A stretch of 64,000 nucleotides of DNA. It comes from Eukaryota sp. TZLM1-RC. Taxonomy: Eukaryota > Protista > Metamonada: BaSk clade. The notes beneath the pieces are model-generated. The model searched no databases and had not been told where the DNA came from. It saw only the letters and a program-made list of their open reading frames with translations. This document shows, one piece after another, positions 48,360 to 59,535 of this stretch. The DNA lies in contig JAUPSS010000003.1 of assembly GCA_040285825.1 (NCBI GenBank), positions 186,001 through 250,000 of the forward strand, in the 5' to 3' direction. The translations under genes were made by a program, and so were the position numbers. Numbering within the stretch: position 1 is the first letter of the stretch; each line of letters starts with the position of its first letter.

Positions 48360-49235
48360 CTAGTGCATTTTGCACCAAAGGGGAGTATTTATAGGCACAT
48401 TTCCATCAAGGATGTTGATTTTTTCAACTTCTTGTTTAGTCAACCTGAAATTAATTGATATATTGCTAGATAATCTTTCCACTGAGCTGGATTTTGGTAG
48501 AGACACAATTCCCTTCTCATGAAGCCATCTAAGTACCACTTGGGAAACAGTCGTCCCATGGTTGCTGGCAATTTCGGTAAGAGTACCATTTCTCATCAAT
48601 TCAGGAGTCCTTTTCCTACACAGAGGAGAGTAAGCTTCTACAAGGATACCATTAGCTTTACAAAAGTTTAGAGTATTTTTGTTCTGGTAGAAGGGATTTA
48701 CCTCTATTTGGTTAACAGCTGGATATACACCAGTTTCCTCTCTCAAATTCTCCAACTGCAGTGGCCCAAAGTTGGAAACGCCTACTTCTCTAACTAACCC
48801 GTTGTCTTTAAGCTCTAACAGTTTATGCCAAATGTCCGACATTGCTACATCATCTACACAATCCATGTCACCATCACACGTTTTGGGGAAAAGTTCCACG
48901 CCTGTTCTGAAAGTTCTTGGTGCGTGAATGAGATATAAATCAAGGTAATCTAGTTGCAACTTATCAAGTGATTCCTGGAAAGCATCTGCTACTCGATGGT
49001 GGTCTGTGGACCAAAGCTTGCTAGTTATAAAAAATTCAGAGCGATCGATTGAAGAATTTCTAATTGCATCACCCACGGCATTTTCGGTGCCGTATACTTT
49101 GGCAGTGTCGAAGTGTCTATAACCAATATCAATAGATTGAGAGATGATACTTACAGGATTGTTAAGCTGATATGTGCCTAATCCGATAGAGGGGATATCA
49201 ATATTGGATTTAGTGGTAAAAGAAGGTGTTAACAT
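48360..49235 (-). CDS. Aldo-keto reductase
   Basis: IGLGTYQ, GYRHFDTAKVYGTE, LDYLDLYLIH, GVSNF and LPKSSSVERL. Confidence 0.95.
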   Translation of the reverse strand: MLTPSFTTKSNIDIPSIGLGTYQLNNPVSIISQSIDIGYRHFDTAKVYGTENAVGDAIRNSSIDRSEFFITSKLWSTDHHRVADAFQESLDKLQLDYLDLYLIHAPRTFRTGVELFPKTCDGDMDCVDDVAMSDIWHKLLELKDNGLVREVGVSNFGPLQLENLREETGVYPAVNQIEVNPFYQNKNTLNFCKANGILVEAYSPLCRKRTPELMRNGTLTEIASNHGTTVSQVVLRWLHEKGIVSLPKSSSVERLSSNISINFRLTKQEVEKINILDGNVPINTPLWCKMH

Positions 49236-49428
49236 TGTTCAAAGTGATGAATAAGAGTAATAAGTATCTCATAAATCGATTTTCACATCTTTTCCTGCTT
49301 CAATATTTCACAATCATTACCTCACAATCATAGGCCAATCTCGCAAGAATGATAGCAGAGAACACGAAGAATGAGAGAGAGATATGTGTTTCACTATAAC
49401 TTTCACCAAACTTACCATTTGGACGTCT

Positions 49429-52400
49429 TGTTGGCGCCCTAAGGCTTTTATAATATGAATAGAAAATAAATTATCTTTATCTCAACCACTTTTGCAACCT
49501 AAGGCAACAATAATTATTGGCCATATTAGGTTATAGGTATACCACTTCGTTATAACACAGCTTTTCTACAGAGGATATCTTCAGCAGATATCATGTCAGT
49601 CTCTCCTCGCCAGGACACTGACTCTTTTAAGATTTTCATGCAACAGCACGACAGCGATGCATATAATACATTCACAACAATAGGAGTAGAAGCAAAGAGT
49701 GAGGATTCGGGCTCGAGACCACCCTCCGCCCCCCCTCAAGAGAAACCAATGGAACCAGGCACGGAACCACCTCCCGCCTCTTCCAAACCAAAAACAACGG
49801 AACCAGGCACGGAACCACCTCCCGCCTCTTCCATGTCCAACAAACCAGATAAGGTTTCAGGAACGGGACCACCCCCCTCCTCACCTAAAGAAAATGTTGG
49901 GTTAAGCTCGGATACTTCGTCTGCCTTAAAGGACTACGAAGAACTCCAGTCCGTTTTAGAAGAAATGGACGACGATGAAAAAGAGCTTCGCCAACAGATA
50001 ATGAAGGACGCGGAAGCTCACCTTGAACCAACAGATTACTGTTTGTTCGAGCAGCTCCCTCCCCTTTGGAAGCAAATATCAAAATCTGGTAGAAATGTGG
50101 GATTCCAGACTCTGGGCCATAAAGGGGACCCTAATAGAGTCTACGAATTCCCTCAAAATGAGAGAAGAGAACTCATTAACGCGTTGGACACTTTGAGTAG
50201 AGAGACCTATGGACGCGGGGCAGAACGACGTCCTAGGATAACCGGTATGGATAGAGAGGTCCATGTGATTCTAGCAAAGCCTATCAAAGATAGACCTGAT
50301 TGGGAAGCCATTCACTTAGATCAGTTCGGGAGAAGGATCAGGTTCTTAGCCATCGAACGAAGGAGACATCCTGAGGATGACCACTTACATGGTTGATCAC
50401 TCCATATCTGCATCAATTAGGGGAAGCAGTGGTTTAATAACCCTCTCACCCGCCCTTATTGCAGAATATTTTCTCTTGGGTATAGATAATTTTGCCATCA
50501 CCAAGGAGCTGGCAAGCCATTGGACAAGAGAAGATTTATGGGACCCTTCAACAGGTACAACTTTGTTAGACCTGATTTCGACCACCAGGAGACACTTTCT
50601 AGCTTGGTGCCAAACAACAGGAAATAGGCACACCATGGAACTTTTGAGAAAACAAGCTGAAAGAGAAGAAGACATCCCATTAGGCCTTTCGACCATGAGA
50701 ACGTTCTCTAGAGGAGCAACCCCATCTGGTCCAGGTACTAAACGTCGCTCGGGAGGCGGATTCAAAGGAACTCCCCAAAACAAATATGTCCCAGAAAGAC
50801 ATGAACGAGAGGGATCTAAGTTCTGTACATTCTGTAACGTCACCGAAGGAAATAACCCTATCGGTCACACGGTTTTCGAATGCAAAGACCCTCGTTGTAC
50901 CAGGAGCAAGGTACCAAAAGAATTGAGGTTTAAGATCGGCGAGGCTGATCAGCCTGCGAGAAGTGGCAGTGTAGTTAGAGGCCGAGGTGGCCGTGGTAGA
51001 CGTGTTTCTAGGTTTAGAGGTAGGGGCCGAGGTGGCCATTTTAGAGGACATAAAGGTAGAGGTCAATATAGACCTATTTATTACATAAATACACAAGAGG
51101 ATACATCATCAATATCATCCCCTTCTGAGAACGTGTCAGCTAGTTCGAGCATGACCTCTCACAGACGGATTGACCGTTTCAGCAACAGGGTCAGAAATAC
51201 AGGAAACTTTCCCAATCGGAAACAAATCAACGCAATCAATCATAATCAATCAATTGCCGATTTCGGAAACCCAGTTAACAACTCCCCAACAGCTCAACAA
51301 TTCTTACTAAATCCTCTACAATTCCACAAACCCAGCTCTGATATCAATAGTATTTTTGGTATAAATTCTACGGTTAGTGAGAACCACATCAGATCCCAGC
51401 GTTCTCCATTTCTAAGATTGGAGATTTTAATAAATAATATAAAGATGATTGCAACTATTGATTCGGCAGCGTTTTGTTCGGTTATAACAGAAGATTTGGC
51501 TAACAAATGCAACATGTCAATTAATAGAGATGATACAATTGAGTTCTTGCCAGCCAATAACGTATCAAGTAAATCGCTAGGGAGTGCAAATGGTATTCTG
51601 TCGTTCAACGTAGGAAGCATTGCGCACCAGGTACATTATAGACATACTCTTCCCATAATCCCGGGTTCGAACAAATTATTAATAGGGATAGACATGTTAA
51701 AAACTCTTGGGCTTCAGACGGATGATGGTCTTTTCATTAGATTAGACAAAGAACACCGCACTTTGTTAAATGCAGAATCTGAATTCGACTCAAGAATCGC
51801 TCAACATTCGATTGGGACCTTAGATAACCAATCATCGAGTCCTTCCGATTTTGAGGAGCAGTTAACTAGATCTGGTTGTGAGATAAAATTAGATGATGAT
51901 AATAATAAATTAAAATTAACGAGTCTACTAAGAATTTTCAGCGATGTTTTTAGTGAAACTCCAAACAGAAAAGGAATCGATTGTAAACCTCTAACAATCC
52001 CCTTTAGAGACGAGAATGCTATAGTACATAAACCTGCTAGACGATTAAATCCCAGCAAAATGGAAATAGCAAACAAAATATTTGATGAACTGATTGAAAT
52101 GGGCTATGCAGTTGAATCTAATTATAAATTCAGCTCTCCTATTGTCTTAGTTATATATCCTGACGGCAAGAAACCCAGGTTAACGGGAGACTTTAGCGGT
52201 AAAGATGGAGTCAATGCCCACACGATTTCAGTAGAACCTAATCTACCTAGGATTAGTGATATTTTAGAATTTTTAAGTAGAGCAGATTACATAGCCACGC
52301 TTGATTTACCAAAAGCTTTCTGGCAAATGAATGTAGCAGAGAAGGACATTGAGAAAACATCAATCTCAATCCCTGGAAGGTCAATTATGTTTAAAAGAGC

Positions 52401-55182
52401 TTGCTTCGGATTAAAGAACATCCCAGCAGTATTTCAAAATGTAATGATGGAAATATTCCAAATTGATGGCGTTTTCATATATATTGATGATATTATAATA
52501 GTTGGAACGACTTTCGATGAATTCTATAAGAGATTACGAAGAGTCCTCCAATGTGCCAGAAATAGACGTGTAAATATAGGTTTACGTAAATGTAAATTCG
52601 TAACATCCAAACACCCTATTGATATTTTAGGAAGCACCTTCCAGGATAAAACCAGATTTATTAGTAAGAAAAAAATCGAAGCCATTGGACATTAACCTTG
52701 ATGAGAATCCCTAGACCAAAATCAGTGAAAGAAGTTCGCTCATTGGTAGGATCCATCAATTATATAAGAGATTGGCTTCCAGGTATTTCCGAAGTAATAG
52801 CTCCAATTAATGAATTAATTAAAGGGAAACCCAGAATAATTAAATGGACTAACGAGCATGACGATTACTTAAGACAAATAAAAGATTTAATAGTTAATCA
52901 CATGCTTTTAGAACTACCAACCCCCGGGAAGTGAGTACTCATTAGTACTGATGCCTCAATTGTTGCAGTAGGAGGAGTTATTTGGCAAGAAATTGAGCCT
53001 TACTCACCTGCAGGAACCCCGTTGAATAAGGGAAAACTAAAACCTCTGTCATTTTACAGTAGATTGCCTACAGAAACACAGAAGAAATGGTCCACTTTAC
53101 AAAAAGAATTATATGCAATACTTTAAATTCTAACTGAAAGTTGCTAAGAGAGCTGTCTTTTGACTAGAGATCTAACAATTTTCACCAATCATAAGAACAT
53201 TGCATTCCTGGCAACTGCGCCAGAGAAAAATAGAATTGTAAAGAGATGGTTGCCGATACTGTCTGAATTCGACTTTGACATAGTCCATGAACCTGGTGAA
53301 GATAACCACTGGGCAGATATGTTATCGAGAAACATCGACCTAACTCAAGAGGAAGAACCTTCATCAATTTGCAGTATTAATAAACCAAACACGATGTACT
53401 CAAATTATGAAATACCTCCTCTAATTGACGACTCAGATTCGGAATCTGAAGATCTCCCATCAATCTCGTCACTTAGCAGACACCAAGATTTACCCATGTT
53501 TTCTTCTTGGTTCTCTAAGATTAGATCGGAACAACAGAGCGCATAAACAATAACGCAATCGAAAACGCAATTTTTGATGAAAATACTCAAATTTGGAGAA
53601 ATAATAAAAATCAAATTTTAATTCCAAAAAGCCTCAGAAAACAGGCACTATTATTAATTCATGGATTGGTTCAATCAGGCCACCCCAGCAAAAACGACAG
53701 TCTACATAAACTGTCCAAAAGCGACTTTTTCTGGCCTAATATGAGAAAGGACCTCATAAACCACATCAAAAGATGCCCAACTTGTCAAAAAACGGCACCA
53801 GTTAAAAGAACAAAAACACCCTCCACAGGTTCCCTTTGGGCAGATCGTCCTTTTGCCAGACTAAATGTTGACACAATTGGACCTCTGAATACTGATAGTG
53901 ATGGTAATAAATACTTATTAGTATTTGTAGATTCTTTTACTGGATATTCAATTTTAGTCCCTCTGAAGGAACTCAATGCCTTAGAGACCGCAGACGCTTT
54001 GATTTGGAACGTTTGCGCAATTTTTGGCATACCTATGTTAATTCATAGTGATAATGGTCCTGAGTTCGCCAATGAGACTTTTAAGATAGTGTGTAATAGA
54101 TTAGCTATTGAGATGAGTAACTCAATACCCCACTACTCTGAAAGTAATGGACTCGTAGAGCGAAAACATAGAGACGTTCTACAATGCTTGAGGAAATTAT
54201 TAATAGATTTTAATGATTACGGAAATTGGTCTACTTATGTACCCATATCCCAACTATTAATAAATTCCACTAAAAGCAGAAAGACAGGTTTTACACCTTA
54301 CGAACTAAAGTTCGGATCTTCGATTAGTCCAAGATCGGACCCTGCAAACATATTAGGAAACTTATCAAAATTTGATTCCAATATACCTTTATTAGACGAT
54401 ATTAAAATGAAAAATACTCGTCTGCAAGAAAAAAGGGAAGAAGCAGAGCGTCATCAATCATTAAATACTCCGATTTCAGTAGACAATACTAATTCGCGCT
54501 CTATAGTATTTAATATTGGTGACTATGTCCTACGTAAAACCAAACAGAATAATAAATTACATGGATCTTGGAACGGACCCTTTTTAGTAATAGACCATCC
54601 TTCCAACTCCACTTTATTATTAAAGAATCTTATCACTGGCACCGAATTAAAAGCTGCCAAGAAAGATTGTAAAATCTATAACGCAGATAATCCTCAGGAT
54701 ATCGAATTTCTAAAGGCAGTCGCAGCAGGCGATGCTGAGAAACATGTTATAGAGAAAATCCTCTCAGAATATAATTCTGACTCAGGTAGTTTCTGTACTG
54801 TTCAATGGTTTGGCGGTGAGACAACAGAAGAGCCTCTCCATTCAGTTAAACATTCAGAAGCTTACAAGTTGTTCAGCAGGAATAACAAGAAAATTGGAAA
54901 ACGTACCTCTAGTCAACGTAAGAGTACCTCCAATAACTCTACGCCTTGCAAGAGGCCTAGACGCAGTACTAGAATTAGGAAGTGATGCTAATTCTCAGTT
55001 TAGATTAGGTTATTTGTAGTTATTTAGTTATTTAGTTATTTGTTTATAGTTTAGATTCATATTTATATAAGCCTATTAGCTCTGAAAAAGGGAAGAAGCA
55101 GTGTTGGCGCCCTAAGGCTTTTATAATATGAATAGAAAATAAATTATCTTTATCTCAACCACTTTTGCAACCTAAGGCAACA
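49429..55182 (+). mobile_element. Ty3/gypsy chromovirus-like LTR retrotransposon, copy 2 (recent, defective)
   Basis: Identical 81-bp LTRs at 49429-49509 and 55102-55182, TSD GTCT and a PPT. Encodes a CTFC..GH..C knuckle, protease, RT and an integrase-chromodomain ORF. Has a gag deletion and pol stops. Confidence 0.96.
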
Positions 55183-55499
55183 GTCTTAGAAAAAATGCAA
55201 TGAATTCTATTTTATTTTCTTTATTAGAAGTAATTGAATCTTTGATTCGAAGTCATTTAGTTTGTTCTGCTGATTTTGGTGGAATAGATAAATCTTTCAT
55301 TTTGTGTAAAACAGCATTTTTAGGTGGTGGAAAAATTTTGTTTTTGAATTTTCCAAAGGTTCTCTTATGATTTTCATCTGATCAATAGTGGATCTAATGT
55401 TTACTCAAATAAATTTCAATTTGAATCAGGTAATTTGCCCAGTGATAGCTGGATTCAGTGCCTTCCTCAGAATGTTCAAGAAATTCTGAACCGAGCACT

Positions 55500-56450
55500 C
55501 CCATATTTACGTTTTTAATATACGCAATACAAAACGATACGTTCCCTGAAAAAGCTTCAGCACCATCTGGTTAAAATATACGAAAGCTTGGATTATGAAG
55601 TAAGACTTGGCTTGGCCAAAACTGAAAATCCCGCTTTCCAAAAAATTTTAAGGACATTCGCAATAGTTCTGCTGCTGCTTTAGTTACTCAAATTCCCTCT
55701 GTTTATGGAATTTTTTAAAAAACAATAAATGGCTTTTAAACATGCGTTTTCGTTGTTTTTTATGCCAAACAATTTGCCCAATCATTTAACAAGTAAATGT
55801 GGTAATCCTCTTTTGTTTAATCATCTTTTGAGCTGTAAACATTTTATTACAATTAGAAGTAAAGTACATAATAATGTCAGGGACCAAATTTATTTCATGT
55901 GCAAATCATATCGAATAGATATCTTGTAAGAGCCTTTGCTATCACAATTAATTCTTGATGACCCCAATATTGACCATACGCGCTACAACAGAGCTTCTAT
56001 GGGTCTTACAAAAGGTGATTTGAATTGTTCCCGGCTTAAATGGAAGCTTTCCCATTTTAGCTGCCGAGTCCCTTGACCCTTGTAATTCTTCTAACGAACG
56101 AATCATTAGTTCAGATGTAAATAATCCTCTTCCTGCTGGCAAAAAATACAAAATTGCTAAATACGGAAAACCTATTTCTTCTGTCAATGAAAATTCACAT
56201 GCACAATCTAATTTATGCCTCTTTCTTTTTTGCTTGCTTGAATCTTTAGGTAAGGCTGCTATGGCTTTCCTTGAGGATTTTGTTGTAGTTGTAAAGGAAA
56301 GAACTGGAAGAATTTTCAATCGTGTTTACTGGCAAAACTGGATTGTATTTTTTATTTTTAAGGGAATGGTGAAATTAGTTTCTGATTCACTCTCTTCTGT
56401 TGGGAAATTTTCTGAATCTTTACAATAATTTTTACAATCCAACCTCAACT
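55500..56450 (+). mobile_element. Non-LTR family C 3' part (degenerate)
   Basis: NHLLSCKHF..RSKVHNNVRD, EPLL, KIAKY and FNRVYWQN motifs. Confidence 0.8.
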
Positions 56451-56689
56451 AAATCATCAATTATCTTTATTAATTCAAAATCACCACAACCACTTGTGTG
56501 TTGTAATTATATCTCCTGAATATTTGATGTGGAGCGTTTGACAGGAATAATGTCAATATTTGTTTTTTAAGTGTGTTTGAAATTAAGTGTGTTGGGTAAA
56601 TAGTTATGATAGACAAAACTTTCCAAAGGTACGCTCCATCTGTGTTTCATCAGTTGGAATGAATAAGCGTTTTGATCGCCGTTTGTCGT

Positions 56690-57025
56690 TGAATCGTATT
56701 GTTTAAAAAGGCTGGTTCTAAGGTCTTTTTGATTGATGAGTTTCGAACCAGTTGCTGTTGTTTCAACTGTAAGAAAGCGGAGAAAACACTTGAAACATTC
56801 CGATGGTGCAGAAATCCTAGGCCATGGAAGAGGCAGCATGAGATGTCTATTCGTCACAAGCTTACCATGAGTAAATCATACGAAAGTTTGTGGCATAGAG
56901 ATCGCAATGCTTCGCTAAATAAGTTGGCGGTGATGTGAGCACATGTAAAAGGTGGAGATAGACCAGAATACCAGAAAGGAGAAAATCTTCTATTTCACAA
57001 AAACTCAGTCTCTCTACATTAGTGT
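56690..57025 (+). pseudogene. Fanzor1 C-terminal remnant F7
   Basis: LFKKAGSKVFLIDEFRTSCCCFNC..NPRPWK..WHRDRNASLN..GDRPEY, containing RuvC-II Glu and RuvC-III Asp. Confidence 0.9.
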
Positions 57026-57038
57026 AAAGAGGACACTT

Positions 57039-57068
57039 ATTTCATTGTTATAGACAATATCTGTAAGA
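57039..57068 (+). promoter_or_regulatory. Conserved pre-ATG motif CATTGTTATAGACAATATCTGTAA (also at 3879-3896 and 59178-59207 on the minus strand)
   Basis: GACAATATCTGTAA is identical at three loci, 2-9 nt upstream of ATG, each downstream of a Fanzor remnant. Confidence 0.75.
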
Positions 57069-57854
57069 ATGACTGGTCATGGTCCATCCTCATGGAGGGA
57101 GCTCATCAAACAATACGATGCTGAACGCAAGCGTGCAATCTACTCTTCAACTCCACACATTATCACACATAAGCAAATGGTCAAAAACTTCAATCCAGTA
57201 ACACAAAAATTCTCTGACCAGACTACTGAAATGCTTATGCAAAAAAAAGAGCAAGTTCTTCCTCCTTGTAGCTCAAACAACAAGTCTTCCATAACATTCG
57301 ACACAAGTGGATCAATACCAAGAATTACTCCTAGGGAAAAAAGTAATAAGTTTGAAAAAGCAAAATCAAGTTACAGTGCTGTTGATTATAACATCATCCG
57401 TCCTCCCTCTCAACTGGACTCATCAACTAGTACCACACAAAGGAGAAAGCAAAGTTCTGTAGACTATAACATCATTACTCCCCCTAATGAATTGGTACCT
57501 TTCCGAAAGCGCAAAATCCCACAGTTTTCAAGTGGAAGAAGGACTCGCAATTTACGTTTACTGCGAGACCGTTCAACTAAAGATTTAGGTATGATTTTAA
57601 GCAATGTTTATAGTGATAGAGAGACTCAGAAGCAAGATAATCATAAAACAATTAAACGGATATCAGAACTCTCTCAATACAGTAATCATAAGCAATCAAT
57701 CAAGGTGTCGAGTAGGCGGTTTGAATGCAACGAAACGCTAAATGATCATAATCTAATTACAGGGATTCCTTGTAGAGGTTTGGATTCACGAACTATTACC
57801 AATATTAAAGTTAACCAAAACCCCAGTGTAAGGGAAATTTTACTTTGTGAGTAA
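57069..57854 (+). CDS. Hypothetical protein with (D/F)YNII-type repeats, possibly ciliary
   Basis: 261-aa basic ORF with repeats VDYNIIRP, VDYNIITP, DHNLITG and FNPVTQ. Confidence 0.6.
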   Translation: MTGHGPSSWRELIKQYDAERKRAIYSSTPHIITHKQMVKNFNPVTQKFSDQTTEMLMQKKEQVLPPCSSNNKSSITFDTSGSIPRITPREKSNKFEKAKSSYSAVDYNIIRPPSQLDSSTSTTQRRKQSSVDYNIITPPNELVPFRKRKIPQFSSGRRTRNLRLLRDRSTKDLGMILSNVYSDRETQKQDNHKTIKRISELSQYSNHKQSIKVSSRRFECNETLNDHNLITGIPCRGLDSRTITNIKVNQNPSVREILLCE

Positions 57855-57922
57855 CTGGTATTTCTATTGAGTGGATTCTTTGTTTGGATGTTGATTTTTA
57901 AAACATGTAAATTCAAAGGAAA

Positions 57923-59170
57923 TTAAGTTTTTTTATAAAACAATATATAAGCTTCACTGTTCAAAACCAAATTTTGGTCCACTTGCTTGTAATTTTCATC
58001 AGAAAAGTAATGCCAAGTATCAGAATCACCAAGACGTGTATAAGCAACATAATGTCCAAAGTCTAAACAACCTGAATGACTGACAACAGCTTGCAATTGA
58101 AAATTGTAATCTACTCTTTCTTCATCTGAATTTGAATCTGAATCTGGAGTAAAATCAGAAAAATCTCTTGAATTTAATACCAATGGAAATTCAACAAAAG
58201 TCGAATCCTTTTCAAAACCAAAACCACTGGCTTTGAATCTTTTGATGTGAAATATCAAAACAATTGGTAAATTAAATGGAAAATAAAACTGCTTAATGGC
58301 AGGTCGTTTTCTTAGTTTCTTTCTTGGAACTCTTGGGGCAAATTCATCATCGGAATCATTGGAAAAAGGCAAACTTTGCTTTAGTTCAATTTCAGCTTTA
58401 TGTTTCAAATCCAAAGACGAATCTTGACATTCTAAAATCTTTTTTGCTTGACGTTTTCGTTCTCTAGAAGTACAAATTCTACAAATAAAAGCATTGTCAC
58501 CATAAAGACATTCAGGGTGACAGAAGAATCGCAACAATTCAACAAGATCTGGGTTCTCTTGCGAACTTCTGAAGGGACTGGGTGGAGAAATGGAGAGAGA
58601 TTCAAGGTTGATGTTAGGGTTAGGCGATAAACCAGGTTTTCCTCTCCTATTTCGCTTTGGACTTGAAAGTAAAGAAAGAGAATAATTATAAAACACTTCT
58701 TTTTTTGTGGTGACAGTTTCACAGGACATACAAGTAATTTTGGAAATGGATGTGAAAGAAAACAAAGACTTAAATTTGGGACCATCAGATTCTGCTTGTT
58801 CCGTCTCAACAGCGCAAGTAAGAGCCATGAGCAGTTCAAACGCATCATGTTGACCATAATCAGAGAATACTGGGAATTTACGAGCTATATGGTCATAGAG
58901 AGAAAGTGGAGAAAGAATGGAAGGTGAAGATGTATCCCAATATTGAATATAAAGTCTATGTAGAGCAGAGTTAATGGTAGATCCACATGTGAGAAACGTA
59001 TCAAGTTCAGGAAGTGCAAAAAGTGACTGTAGGACAGCATTAAAAAAACAAGAAAGGCCACTAGATCTGAGACCTCTCTTACCGGGCTCGCCTGAAGTGA
59101 AACATCGTGTGGTAGACGTCTTGTACTGTTTCTGATGCTTCTTTGTAGAACGGCGGTGTTTTTTACCCAT
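57923..59170 (-). CDS. Ubiquitin-specific protease (USP16/45-like)
   Basis: GLRSSGLSCFFNAVLQ, QHDAFEL, HIKRF, HSGCLDFGHYVAY and EAYILFY. Confidence 0.92.
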   Translation of the reverse strand: MGKKHRRSTKKHQKQYKTSTTRCFTSGEPGKRGLRSSGLSCFFNAVLQSLFALPELDTFLTCGSTINSALHRLYIQYWDTSSPSILSPLSLYDHIARKFPVFSDYGQHDAFELLMALTCAVETEQAESDGPKFKSLFSFTSISKITCMSCETVTTKKEVFYNYSLSLLSSPKRNRRGKPGLSPNPNINLESLSISPPSPFRSSQENPDLVELLRFFCHPECLYGDNAFICRICTSRERKRQAKKILECQDSSLDLKHKAEIELKQSLPFSNDSDDEFAPRVPRKKLRKRPAIKQFYFPFNLPIVLIFHIKRFKASGFGFEKDSTFVEFPLVLNSRDFSDFTPDSDSNSDEERVDYNFQLQAVVSHSGCLDFGHYVAYTRLGDSDTWHYFSDENYKQVDQNLVLNSEAYILFYKKT

Positions 59171-59179
59171 TGTTAATTG

Positions 59180-59535
59180 TTACAGATATTGTCAATAACA
59201 ATGGAATTAGTACTCTTTCAAGAAGATGGAACTGGAAGTGGATCAAATTTACTGTGAATTTTACTTATCATACATTCCCCTATAAAATTCGCTCCTTTTT
59301 TCACCTTTCTCAATGTCTACTCACAGGCAGTAAGAGACATGTAGCATCATTTGACAAAGACAATCATGATCTTCATCAATGGGCTACCTCACTTAAATAT
59401 ACCTACTGCTTTCACAGAACAAAGCCTCGCGACTTGTTGTATCTAAGTGGATCTATCAAATGCTACTAAGGTATTTGTAGATCGGTCTCAACAGTTTTTC
59501 AAAAGTTTTTGTTTCTGTATGCTCACGTTCCCTAT
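59180..59535 (-). ncRNA. Candidate omega-RNA of Fanzor family B
   Basis: About 350-nt non-coding tail with nested stems GTAGCATTTGA/TCAAATGATGCTAC, CACTTAGATA/TATTTAAGTG, GCTTT/AAAGC and ATGTCT/AGACAT. Confidence 0.55.

Noticed and set aside
57039-57068. Relict spliced-leader (retrogene) explanation for the pre-ATG motif
   Set aside because: Not excluded but disfavoured, because the motif occurs only behind Fanzor remnants here and no SL RNA gene or poly-A scars are visible.
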